Origin: Patescibacteria group bacterium
Lineage (GTDB): Bacteria; Patescibacteriota; Microgenomatia; UBA1400; MFAQ01
Assembly (NCBI GenBank): GCA_018819325.1
Contig: JAHJQJ010000031.1
Span: forward strand, 1 to 42,158
Length of the DNA: 42,158 nt
Direction: 5' to 3'
Shown: positions 27,058-34,157 of the stretch, one piece after another
How positions within the stretch are numbered: the stretch's first letter is position 1
Layout of the letters: each line of letters starts with the position of its first letter
Notes under the pieces: generated by a model
Databases searched by the model: none
What the model saw: only the letters and a program-made list of their open reading frames with translations
Told to the model about the DNA's origin: nothing
Position numbers and translations under genes: made by a program

Positions 27058-27947
27058 TAGGGATTTATTATATAGTAGTTTATAGAAATGTCTATATCTG
27101 ATATGGTAGATGTTGCTAGGGTGAATTGGCCAGTGCCTTTGGATTTGACAAATATGCTGGCGTTGGTTTTGGTTTCTGGAATTAGGTAGATGTAAGAGGT
27201 GGGGGTGATTCTGTTATCGTTGATTAGGAGTTCTGTTTGGCCAGCAGGAATTATGGCCTTGGTGGTGAAGGAGTTTGATGCCGCGTCTAACTTTTGCTCT
27301 GGCAAAACTTGGCCGGGTAAAGGTGCGGCCAGGATAAGGTCGGAGCTAGCAAGGGCTTGTTGGTCTGGTAATAAATTTAGAGGATTGATGGTTTCTGGCA
27401 AGGTGATTGGTTGACCTTGGCTTAAGTTTTGAGCGGTTTCTAGGTCTTTTTGGGCTTGGGCTAGGGCGTTGGGGTTGGTGTTACTGACGGCGGTTAGAAT
27501 ATGGGCTCTTAAAACGTAGCCGTTGGGATTTCTGGGGTCTTGGCTGATGGCTTGGGTGGTAAGGCTTAGACTTTGATCTAGGTTTTCTAGGATCTTGGCT
27601 TTTTGTTCTGGGGTTTGTTTTGGTGGCGTTTTGGCTAGGGCAAAGGCTTTGTCTAGGTAGTTTTGGGCTAGGTTGATGAGTTCGGGGGTGGACTTGACGG
27701 GTTCCACATCTGAAGAGTCGCTAGGAGCGCCACTGTCCGATGAGGAACCCTGGGCGAGTTCGCCTTTGGGGAGTGGAGAGAGGTATGAGCCGGTGGGGGA
27801 TTTGCTACTTGAGCCAATAACGGTGATGGTGGTAATGACGGCAAAGGCAATGAGGGCAGTGTAGCCAATGACGGTGATGGTTTTTTGGAAGACGCGTTTG
27901 CCGAGATTGGTGTTGGCTGGATTGGTGGTGCAGGATTCGATGATCAT
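27057..27947 (-). CDS. N-terminally anchored secreted protein with helical-repeat middle and a C-terminal domain shared with the giant fibre protein
   Basis: TM helix TVIGYTALIAFAVITTITVIG. The C-terminus YIYLIPETKTNASIFVKSKGTGQFTLATSTISDIDISINYYIINP matches the last ~60 aa of ORF 35274-39980. ATGA-type overlap with the downstream gene. Confidence 0.5.
   Translation of the reverse strand: MIIESCTTNPANTNLGKRVFQKTITVIGYTALIAFAVITTITVIGSSSKSPTGSYLSPLPKGELAQGSSSDSGAPSDSSDVEPVKSTPELINLAQNYLDKAFALAKTPPKQTPEQKAKILENLDQSLSLTTQAISQDPRNPNGYVLRAHILTAVSNTNPNALAQAQKDLETAQNLSQGQPITLPETINPLNLLPDQQALASSDLILAAPLPGQVLPEQKLDAASNSFTTKAIIPAGQTELLINDNRITPTSYIYLIPETKTNASIFVKSKGTGQFTLATSTISDIDISINYYIINP
27699..27750 (+). 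repeat. Palindromic element PE-H copy, in frame within a CDS
   Basis: GGGTTCCACATCTGAAGAG...TCCGATGAGGAACCC, translated on the minus strand as GSSSDSGAPSDSSDVEP. Confidence 0.8.
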
Positions 27948-27980
27948 GATATTAAGTATACAATAAAACTTTATTTAGTT

Positions 27981-28697
27981 TTAGAGATAGTAGGGAGTGC
28001 AGACGTTGACGGGGTCGGAGCATTTGCCGGAGCAGTCGGTGTCATCCCAGTCGAAGTAAGGATAGCAAATTTTACCAGTAGGGAGTGGAGAGCAAGTATC
28101 GATACTGGAGCAGTAGCGGTAGCTACCAGTAGGGGTGGGAGATGGAGTTGGAGATGGAGTTGGTGTGCCAGTGCCAGAGGGAGTGGGAGATGGAGTTGGT
28201 GTGCCAGTGCCAGAGGGGGTAGGCGAGGGAGTTTCTGTGGGCGTGAAAGAGTCGAAGTATGTGTTGCAGTCGTGGCTGGGATCGGTGGTGGAGTTGGGGG
28301 AGTTGACGGAGAAGCAGTTGAAGCTGTCTGCGTTTTGGTCTTGGTCATATTTTAACTGGGTATAGGCGATGAAATTTTGAGGGCAGGTGGGGGGGTTGGC
28401 GATTAGTTCGTAGGGGGCGGTGCTAACGGGGTCGCAAGGGATTTCTTTGATGTATGGATCTAGTTCGTTTGAGTTGCAGTTTGAGATTTGTTCTTGGGTG
28501 GGGTAGCAGGAGTAGTCTGTGTAGTAGTTTTCGAAAGCTATTCTTAAACTTTCTAGGTCTTTTTTGCGGTGGGCGTCGTAGGCTTTGTTGATGCTGGTTT
28601 TTGGGTTTAGAGTTAGGAGGGCAAGGAGTGTGAGAATAAGAATGACGCCGACTACTATGACCATTTCCATGAGGGTGAAGGCTTGTTTGCGGTTCAT
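27981..28697 (-). CDS. Type IV pilin-like protein (prepilin-type N-terminal cleavage/methylation domain)
   Basis: MNRKQAFTLMEMVIVVGVILILTLLAL is a class III signal peptide with the conserved Glu at the +5 position of the predicted mature pilin. Cys-rich C-terminal globular part. TP/SP-rich tandem repeat. Confidence 0.75.
   Translation of the reverse strand: MNRKQAFTLMEMVIVVGVILILTLLALLTLNPKTSINKAYDAHRKKDLESLRIAFENYYTDYSCYPTQEQISNCNSNELDPYIKEIPCDPVSTAPYELIANPPTCPQNFIAYTQLKYDQDQNADSFNCFSVNSPNSTTDPSHDCNTYFDSFTPTETPSPTPSGTGTPTPSPTPSGTGTPTPSPTPSPTPTGSYRYCSSIDTCSPLPTGKICYPYFDWDDTDCSGKCSDPVNVCTPYYL
28135..28222 (-). repeat. 36-bp tandem repeat (about 2.4 copies) encoding TPSPTPSGTGTP in the pilin
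   Basis: The units at 28151-28186 and 28187-28222 are nearly identical, with a partial unit upstream. Confidence 0.85.
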
Positions 28698-28966
28698 TGA
28701 AAAGAGATATTTATAGTAGAGTCAAAGGCCTTGGCAATTTTGGTGAGAAAGGTTAGGCTGGGATTGTATCGACCAGATTCTAGGCGTGAAATAGCGGATT
28801 GTTGGGTTCCGGCTTTTTTGGCAAGTTGGGATTGGCTTAACCCCCGCTGAATGCGTTTTTTGATTACTGCTTGAACAAGTTGGTATTCGGGTGTAAGTTT
28901 GTCGTATTCTACTTTGATTTTAGGGTCTTTGAGAAGTTGGTTTTTGAACTGTTTAAAGGATTTCAT
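28694..28966 (-). CDS. XRE-family helix-turn-helix protein (paralogue 1)
   Basis: RGLSQSQLAKKAGTQQSAISRLESGRYNPSLTFLTKIAKAF. ATGA overlap with the pilin gene start. Paralogue of 34923-35210. Confidence 0.8.
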   Translation of the reverse strand: MKSFKQFKNQLLKDPKIKVEYDKLTPEYQLVQAVIKKRIQRGLSQSQLAKKAGTQQSAISRLESGRYNPSLTFLTKIAKAFDSTINISFQ

Positions 28967-28988
28967 ATTTTAAGCAATATGTTTTGTT

Positions 28989-29023
28989 GTCATTCCGACC
29001 GAGTCTTTGAGTGGAGGAATCCC
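28989..29023 (+). repeat. Palindromic element PE-J type (GTCATTCCGACC...GGAGGAATCCC)
   Basis: CATTCC/GGAATC terminal inverted repeats, in reverse orientation relative to the other GAATGAC-tailed copies. Confidence 0.65.
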
Positions 29024-29049
29024 TGTGGCTGGTAGTGTTACTGTTGAAA

Positions 29050-29077
29050 GGGATCCCTCGACTTTGCTCGGGATGAC
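29050..29077 (+). repeat. Palindromic element PE-J type (GGGATCCCTCGACTTTGCTCGGGATGAC)
   Basis: Imperfect hairpin with a GGATGAC tail. Related to 40904-40932. Confidence 0.65.
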
Positions 29078-29114
29078 AGAGCTATTATAAATATATAGTA
29101 TATAGTAGGAAGTG

Positions 29115-29810
29115 ATGAAGTGGCTAGTGGATTGGTTTGTTGATTTTGTTTATCCAAAGGACTGTGTGGGTTGTGGTTGTTTGGGGACATGGTTGTGTGA
29201 TAAATGTAAGCGAAGTTTTGAGGAGGTGGAGCAGATTTGCCCGATGTGCGGGAAGGAAAACTTGGGTGGAAGTGTACACAAAATGTGTTCAGAAAGGCTG
29301 GGAATGGATGGGTTGACGGCGGTTTATAATCATGGGGAAAGGACAATGAGTGGGTTGATTTTTAGAGTGAAGTTTGAGTATTGTGAGGAGTTGTTGGAGG
29401 AGTTTGTGAAGTTGCTGGATTTTGAGGTGGGTAAGAAGTTTGATGTGGTGGTGCCGGTGCCGTTACATATATATAGAAGGAACTGGCGGGGGTTTAATCA
29501 GGCAAGAGTGATTGCGGATGAGGTGGGTAGGCAGTTGGGGTTGCCGGTGGTGGAGGGGTTGAGGCGGGTGAAGCGAGGTAAACAGCAGTCGAAGATAAAG
29601 GATAGGGAGGGGAGGCGGGAGAATGTGAAGGGGGTGTTTAAGATTGGTATGGATTCCCGCCTGCGCGGGAATGACGGTTTAAAAGATAAAGCAGTTTTGC
29701 TGGTGGATGATGTGTTTACCAGTGGGGCGACGATGCGGGAGGCGTGTAAAGTATTAAAGCAGGCGGGGGCTAAGTTTGTGTGGGGGTTGGTATTGGCGAG
29801 GAGGGTTTGA
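29115..29810 (+). CDS. comFC: ComF family protein (ComFC-like phosphoribosyltransferase-fold competence protein)
   Basis: N-terminal double zinc ribbon (CVGCGC...CDKC...CPMCG) and the PRTase motif VLLVDDVFTSGATMREA. GTG 29112 is an alternative start. In-frame PE-J insert. Confidence 0.8.
   Translation: MKWLVDWFVDFVYPKDCVGCGCLGTWLCDKCKRSFEEVEQICPMCGKENLGGSVHKMCSERLGMDGLTAVYNHGERTMSGLIFRVKFEYCEELLEEFVKLLDFEVGKKFDVVVPVPLHIYRRNWRGFNQARVIADEVGRQLGLPVVEGLRRVKRGKQQSKIKDREGRRENVKGVFKIGMDSRLRGNDGLKDKAVLLVDDVFTSGATMREACKVLKQAGAKFVWGLVLARRV
29651..29676 (+). repeat. Palindromic element PE-J (GGATTCCCGCCTGCGCGGGAATGACG), in frame within a CDS
   Basis: TCCCGC/GCGGGA stem. Translated as DSRLRGND. An identical copy lies at 30925-30950. 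Confidence 0.85.
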
Positions 29811-29833
29811 GGGTTTTCCCTTTGTCATTCTGG

Positions 29834-29913
29834 GGACGAATTCTGATGAGGACTCCGGAATCAGATTCTGGATGCGTTCGAAGACTCACTTACCAGAATG
29901 ACGGAAAAGAAAA
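29834..29913 (+). mobile_element. MITE-like element PE-G, long form (80 nt; GTCATTCTGG...CCAGAATGAC termini)
   Basis: 10-bp terminal inverted repeats. The first ~50 nt are identical to 29967-30016. Confidence 0.75.
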
Positions 29914-29966
29914 TGCTGACGCTAGATTCTTCGTTTCATTCTTCATACTACACCCTACTTCTTCAT

Positions 29967-30030
29967 GTCATTCTGGGGACGAATTCTGATGAGGACTCCG
30001 GAATCAGATTCTGGACAAGCCAGAATGACG
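29967..30030 (+). mobile_element. MITE-like element PE-G, 64-nt form
   Basis: GTCATTCTGGGGACGAATTCTGATGAGGACTCCGGAATCAGATTCTGGACAAGCCAGAATGACG. An inverted copy lies at 40831-40892. Confidence 0.8.
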
Positions 30031-30046
30031 ATGAGAGAATGATTGT

Positions 30047-30889
30047 ATGGAGACGAAGGAGATGAAGGTAATGGGGGTAAAGGTGTATTGCAAGGGGGAT
30101 TTGGGGCTGTTGGATGAGGGGAAGGTGAGGTTGGCGATTGTGGGGAGTCGGAAGATGACGGATTATGGCAGGCGGGTGATTGAGAAACAAGTGCCTGTAC
30201 TGGTGCAGGCGGGGGTGGTGATTGTTTCTGGCTTTATGTATGGGGTGGATCAGGCGGCGCACGAGGTTTGCTTAGATTGCGGAGGTGAGACGATTGCGGT
30301 GTTGGGCTGGGGGATTGATAGGGGGTTGTCGATTGAGGATGAAAAATTGTATGAGAAGTTTATTAAGGGAAAAAGTTTGATGATGAGTGAGTATTACGGC
30401 GAGGCGATGGCGGAGCAGTGGATGTTTGTGCAAAGGAACAGGATTGTGGTGGGTTTGAGTGCGGCGGTGTTGGTGGTGGAGGCGGCGGTGAAGTCGGGGA
30501 CGATGACCAGTGTGAGGTGGGCTAAGAAAATGAACAAACCCGTTTTGTGCGTGCCAGGGTTGATTACGAGTAAGGTGAGTGAGGGGGCGAATGGGTTAAT
30601 TAAGTCTGGAGAGGCGAAGATGGTGACCGGGGTGGAGGATATTTTGGAGGTGTTGGGTCTTAAGCCTGGACAAATGAAACTTGGTGGGGTCCCGCACCAG
30701 TCGGTGCAGGATGACGGGGATTTAACAAAGGTGAGACCTTTGTTAAGATGGCTAGAGAATGAGGGGATGGAGGTGGACAGGTTGGCTAAATTGATGAAAC
30801 GGTCGGCGAGTCAGGTGATGGTGGAGTTGACGCGGTTGGAGATTTTGGGGCAGGTGGAACAGAGGGGTGGGAAGTTTTATATTGTTTAA
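30047..30889 (+). CDS. dprA: DNA processing protein DprA (Smf)
   Basis: LAIVGSRKMTDYGRRV, SGFMYGVDQAAHEVCL, AVLGWGID, and VVEAAVKSGTMTSV followed by a C-terminal winged-helix-like tail. Two in-frame palindromic inserts lie in the linker. Confidence 0.85.
   Translation: METKEMKVMGVKVYCKGDLGLLDEGKVRLAIVGSRKMTDYGRRVIEKQVPVLVQAGVVIVSGFMYGVDQAAHEVCLDCGGETIAVLGWGIDRGLSIEDEKLYEKFIKGKSLMMSEYYGEAMAEQWMFVQRNRIVVGLSAAVLVVEAAVKSGTMTSVRWAKKMNKPVLCVPGLITSKVSEGANGLIKSGEAKMVTGVEDILEVLGLKPGQMKLGGVPHQSVQDDGDLTKVRPLLRWLENEGMEVDRLAKLMKRSASQVMVELTRLEILGQVEQRGGKFYIV
30690..30716 (+). repeat. Palindromic element PE-D copy, in frame within dprA
   Basis: TCCCGCACCAGTCGGTGCAGGATGACG, translated as PHQSVQDDG. Confidence 0.8.
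30722..30746 (+). repeat. REP-B palindrome copy, in frame within dprA
   Basis: TTAACAAAGGTGAGACCTTTGTTAA, translated as LTKVRPLLR. This is a different reading frame from the copy at 1810. Confidence 0.85.
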
Positions 30890-30895
30890 TAATGT

Positions 30896-30920
30896 TTAAC
30901 AAAGGTGAGACCTTTGTTAA
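30896..30920 (+). repeat. REP-B palindrome copy (intergenic, dprA-comM)
   Basis: Perfect copy, 7 nt after the dprA stop codon. Confidence 0.85.
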
Positions 30921-30924
30921 GAAT

Positions 30925-30950
30925 GGATTCCCGCCTGCGCGGGAATGACG
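30925..30950 (+). repeat. Palindromic element PE-J copy (intergenic)
   Basis: Identical to 29651-29676 and adjacent to a REP-B copy. Confidence 0.85.
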
Positions 30951-30994
30951 TGGGGAAAATGATTCGGCCTGACCTTTTATGTATACTCTAAGAT

Positions 30995-32572
30995 ATGTTG
31001 GTACGAGTGAGGAGTGTGGCACATGTGGGTCTGACGACAATTCCGGTAGAGGTGGAGGTGGACGTGGCTAGCAAGGGTTTTCCTGGGTTTAATATTGTAG
31101 GGTTGGCGAATAAAGCGGTGGACGAGGCTAAGGAGCGGGTGAAGACGGCGATTGTGAATTCGGGGATGGCATTTCCGGACAAGCGGATTACGGTGAATTT
31201 GGCGCCGGCGGATATTCCTAAGGAGGGGTCGGCTTATGATTTACCCATGGCGGTGGGGATTTTGGTGGCATCGAAGGAGGTGGAGTGGAGTGATGAGGAT
31301 GCACGGGCGGTTTATTATGGTGAACTGGGGTTGGATGGGAAGTTGCGGCATACTAAGGGTGGGTTGTTGGTGGGGTTGTGGGTGAAAAAGTCAGGTTCCA
31401 CATCTGAACAGATTGCTAGGAAGCAATCAGTGTCCGATGAGAAACCTTGCGTCTTTGTGCCTGTTGAATCGGCTAACGGGGTGGCGGTGGTGAGTGGAAT
31501 TGAGGTGAAGCCGGTGAGGGATTTGGTGCAGTTGGTGGAACATTTTAAGGGAGATAAGAAGATTAAAAGTTTGAATAATATTAAGTCAACTGATTTAATT
31601 GAGGCGGCGGCGGTGGATTTTGATATGGCGGAGGTGATTGGGCAGGAGCAGGCCAAACGGGCCTTGGAGATTGCGGCGGCGGGGGGGCATAACGTGTTGA
31701 TGGTGGGTCCACCGGGGTCGGGCAAGACCATGTTGGCCAAGGCGTTGCCGGGGATTTTGCCGTTTTTGAGCGAGGAGGAAAGTATGGAAGTGAGTCGAAT
31801 TTATTCTGTAATGGGTTTGTTGGGACCAGGGGAGGCGTTGGTGCGGAGGCGGTCGTTTAGGTCGCCGCATCACAGTACTAGCATGGCGGGTTTGATTGGT
31901 GGGGGGAGTAATCCGAGACCTGGAGAGGTGAGCATGGCTCATTTGGGGGTGCTGTTTTTGGATGAGATGGCGGAGTTTCCTAGAACCGTAATGGAGGCGT
32001 TGAGGCAACCGATGGAGGATGGTTGGGTGGTGATTAGTCGGGCGATGGGGCGGATGAAGTATCCGGCTGATTTTATGCTGGTGGGTTCGGTTAATCCGTG
32101 TCCGTGTGGATACTTGGGTCACCCTAAACACGAGTGTAATTGTAGTTTTAGGCAGGTGGCTAGATACAAGCAGAGAATCTCTGGTCCGATTTTGGACAGA
32201 ATCGATTTGCATGTGTCGGTGCCGGCGGTGGAGATTGACAAATTGACTGTTTCGAGTAACGAAAGTGCTCAAAAATCTAGTCAAATTAGGGATAAGGTAA
32301 TGGGGACAAGAGAGCGACAGACCAAGCGATTTTCAGGTGATGGGATTTATACAAATGCGCAGATGAAGAATAAACAGGTGAAGAAATATTGTCAATTGGG
32401 TGGTGATGCGGAAAGGATGATGCGGATAGCGGCGGAGAAGTTTGCTGTTTCGGCTAGGGGGTATTTTAGGTTGTTGAAGGTTAGTCGGACGATTGCGGAT
32501 TTGGATGAGAGTGAGGATATTGCGGAGAGGCATGTGGCGGAGGCGTTGCAGTATAGAATTAAGGTTTTTTGA
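30995..32572 (+). CDS. comM: Mg-chelatase-like AAA+ ATPase ComM/YifB
   Basis: N-terminal Lon-protease-like domain (GLPGFNIVGL, NLAPADIPKEGSAYDLPMAVGIL), Walker A GPPGSGKT, Walker B VLFLDEM, a CxxC...C zinc motif and the C-terminal Mg-chelatase domain. In-frame PE-H insert. Confidence 0.9.
   Translation: MLVRVRSVAHVGLTTIPVEVEVDVASKGFPGFNIVGLANKAVDEAKERVKTAIVNSGMAFPDKRITVNLAPADIPKEGSAYDLPMAVGILVASKEVEWSDEDARAVYYGELGLDGKLRHTKGGLLVGLWVKKSGSTSEQIARKQSVSDEKPCVFVPVESANGVAVVSGIEVKPVRDLVQLVEHFKGDKKIKSLNNIKSTDLIEAAAVDFDMAEVIGQEQAKRALEIAAAGGHNVLMVGPPGSGKTMLAKALPGILPFLSEEESMEVSRIYSVMGLLGPGEALVRRRSFRSPHHSTSMAGLIGGGSNPRPGEVSMAHLGVLFLDEMAEFPRTVMEALRQPMEDGWVVISRAMGRMKYPADFMLVGSVNPCPCGYLGHPKHECNCSFRQVARYKQRISGPILDRIDLHVSVPAVEIDKLTVSSNESAQKSSQIRDKVMGTRERQTKRFSGDGIYTNAQMKNKQVKKYCQLGGDAERMMRIAAEKFAVSARGYFRLLKVSRTIADLDESEDIAERHVAEALQYRIKVF
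31393..31447 (+). repeat. Palindromic element PE-H copy, in frame within comM
   Basis: AGGTTCCACATCTGAACAGATTGCTAGGAAGCAATCAGTGTCCGATGAGAAACCT, translated as GSTSEQIARKQSVSDEKP, between the N-terminal and AAA+ domains. Confidence 0.85.
32534..32570 (+). repeat. Left copy of a 37-38 bp direct repeat (comM 3' end)
   Basis: GTGGCGGAGGCGTTGCAGTATAGAATTAAGGTTTTTT, repeated at 33551-33588 with 2 differences. Confidence 0.9.
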
Positions 32573-32593
32573 TGAAGAGACGAGAAAAGACGA

Positions 32594-32645
32594 GGGATTG
32601 GGCTCTGCAGGCCAGAAGGCCAGTCCAAAATTGGCAGCGGGACGG
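32594..32645 (+). repeat. Palindromic element PE-F copy (GGGATTGGGCTCTGCAGGCC...GGCAGCGGGACGG)
   Basis: Family with 5 copies. This one is followed by the conserved module GATTTTGTTGACATGTT.TG.TATATT.TTAAT, also found at 41905-41945. Confidence 0.8.
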
Positions 32646-32685
32646 TTGGTTGATTTTGTTGACATGTTATGGTATATTGTTAATA

Positions 32686-33357
32686 TTAACTCGTTTTGGA
32701 TGGGCGTTTACGCTGGTTCGAACGAGTTTTTGTTTGCCAGAATTTTCTGGCTATTTTTTTCCAACTAATTGTTTTTTCGACGATTATTTTTTCTTTAATT
32801 AACTGATAAAATTTGTCGTTTTTGTTTGTTGTTGCCCAGAGAACACTGCCAGCAATCATGTCTGCTGAATTTACGGCGGGTACTTTTTGGCTGTCAACGT
32901 GGCTGATAGCGAATTTTTTCTTTAGAAGTTTTGTTAAGATTAGGTCGAATTCTTCTTGATCTATTAAACGGTGAAAGTGGCGGTCAAATATGATTTTTTT
33001 TAAGTTGTTTTGGTAAAGTAGCTTGCATTCTTCTATTAATTGCCAACAGAGGATGGCAAAGTTTTCGGGTGAGTCTTTGATTGATTTTCCTTGTTTTTCG
33101 ACGATTAAAACAAAGATGTCGATGTTTTTGTTGGCAAGAGTTTTTAGGAACTTTGTTTTGGTTTTATCTCCTGCCCTGTAAAATTTTATTTCAGATAACT
33201 TTTTAGCGTCACGGGTTTTTCTGATGGTTTTTGTTACAGAAGTTAGTTGAGAAATTATATTGGTGCCAACTGCGGCAACTATTACTACTTTGTCTTTTGG
33301 ATCAGGTAGGGTGCCGGATTCGTCGATGAAGATGGTGATGTTTAGTTTATTTAGCAT
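32686..33357 (-). CDS. DUF3800-like protein
   Basis: N-terminal ITIFIDESGTL motif typical of DUF3800, 223 aa. Lies inside the insertion at the comM 3' end. Confidence 0.5.
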   Translation of the reverse strand: MLNKLNITIFIDESGTLPDPKDKVVIVAAVGTNIISQLTSVTKTIRKTRDAKKLSEIKFYRAGDKTKTKFLKTLANKNIDIFVLIVEKQGKSIKDSPENFAILCWQLIEECKLLYQNNLKKIIFDRHFHRLIDQEEFDLILTKLLKKKFAISHVDSQKVPAVNSADMIAGSVLWATTNKNDKFYQLIKEKIIVEKTISWKKIARKFWQTKTRSNQRKRPSKTS

Positions 33358-33387
33358 GGTGGCTGTAGTTGGTTAATAATGTGATAA

Positions 33388-33446
33388 GGGACAGGGGGGA
33401 CTGGGGACCGATGCCAAAGGCCGGTGCAATATCGGCACTGGGACGG
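33388..33446 (+). repeat. Palindromic element PE-F-like, diverged copy
   Basis: GGGACAGGGGGGACTGGGGACCGATGCCAAAGGCCGGTGCAATATCGGCACTGGGACGG. Confidence 0.6.
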
Positions 33447-33481
33447 CTTAGGTCGCGGTGTCTCATGAGGTGGACGCAGGC

Positions 33482-33560
33482 TAGGTTACAGTTAAGCATA
33501 GCTTGCTCTAGTTTGGCAATAGCCAGATCTTGGTCGGCGAATCTGATGGAGTGGGCGGAG
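33482..33560 (-). pseudogene. Fragment of a four-helix-bundle (23S IVS/Avd family) gene
   Basis: About 84 percent nucleotide identity (by eye) to 40210-40288 of the intact gene 39977-40489. It lacks both gene ends and is fused to the right copy of the comM 3' repeat through the microhomology GTGG(G)CGG. Confidence 0.7.
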
Positions 33561-33588
33561 GCGTTGCAGTATAGGATTAAGGTTTTTT
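33551..33588 (+). repeat. Right copy of the 37-38 bp direct repeat (duplicate of the comM 3' end)
   Basis: GTGGGCGGAGGCGTTGCAGTATAGGATTAAGGTTTTTT. It would encode the same AEALQYRIKVF-stop tail. Confidence 0.9.
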
Positions 33589-33597
33589 AGTAGCCGT

Positions 33598-33743
33598 AAA
33601 ATACCCCTGCCAAAGTCAGAACCGTAGTCGTTCATTCCGGCGAATGAACGCTACATATTGGCTCGGCTTGAAAATTCTGATTAAGAAATCAGAATACCAT
33701 GCTTTCACGCCTGCGCATATTTCTTTTTTGGCAAGGGTATTTT
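33598..33743. mobile_element. 146-nt element with 17-bp terminal inverted repeats and two internal hairpins (MITE-like or structured RNA)
   Basis: Arms AAAATACCCCTGCCAAA / TTTGGCAAGGGTATTTT (1 mismatch). Internal stems CGTTCATTC-CGGC-GAATGAACG and ATTCTGAT-TAAGAA-ATCAGAAT. Confidence 0.6.
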
Positions 33744-33759
33744 GTGGCATAATTTATTT

Positions 33760-34152
33760 GTGAAAAGATTTAATAAGCAGACTGGGGGTAGGGGAGAACG
33801 GGAGGCGGAGAGGTTGTTGCGGGAAAAGGGGTATAAAATTTTGGAGATGAACTGGGGGAATAAATGGGGTGAGGTGGATTTGATTTGTGTGGACCCGCCT
33901 ACGCGTAAAGCTACGGCGAGGCGAAGTGAAACGGTGGTTTTTGTGGAGGTGAAGGCGAAAATTGGTTATGAATATGGCGCGCCGTGGCAGATGGTGAATA
34001 GGCGGAAATTAGCGCAGGTAAGGCGGATGGGGGGGTTATTTTTGACTGAGAAGGGTTGGCAGGATAAGGCTTGTAGGATTGATGTGGTGGGGGTGGTGTT
34101 TGATAGGGGTGGGAAGGTGGTTGAGGTTGATCATTACGAAAATGTGTATTAA
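33760..34152 (+). CDS. yraN: YraN family (UPF0102) endonuclease-fold protein
   Basis: GEREAERLLREKGYKILEMNW..GEVDLIC...VVFVEVKAK. Start set at GTG 33760, preceded by TGgCATAAT-N6; the ORF could start at TTG 33742. There is an extra ~10 aa (PPTRKATARR) encoded by an imperfect palindrome around 33895-33930. Confidence 0.75.
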   Translation: MKRFNKQTGGRGEREAERLLREKGYKILEMNWGNKWGEVDLICVDPPTRKATARRSETVVFVEVKAKIGYEYGAPWQMVNRRKLAQVRRMGGLFLTEKGWQDKACRIDVVGVVFDRGGKVVEVDHYENVY

Positions 34153-34157
34153 TAAAG

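Noticed and set aside
29780-29989. 69-codon ORF in the comFC-dprA spacer
   Set aside because: It is composed entirely of translated PE-G repeat sequence (SFWGRILMRTPESDSG), with no independent coding evidence.
33369-33590. 73-codon plus-strand ORF ending in AEALQYRIKVF
   Set aside because: It is a chimera. It reads antisense through the 4HB gene fragment and a PE-F element and ends in the duplicated comM tail. It is an artefact of the insertion junction.
33598-33743. SRP (4.5S) RNA or 6S RNA, because the two ends pair over 17 bp
   Set aside because: It has no SRP domain IV consensus (GGAA/GNAR tetraloop with the symmetric and asymmetric loop motifs) and no 6S-like central bubble. It was kept only as a MITE-like or unknown structured element.
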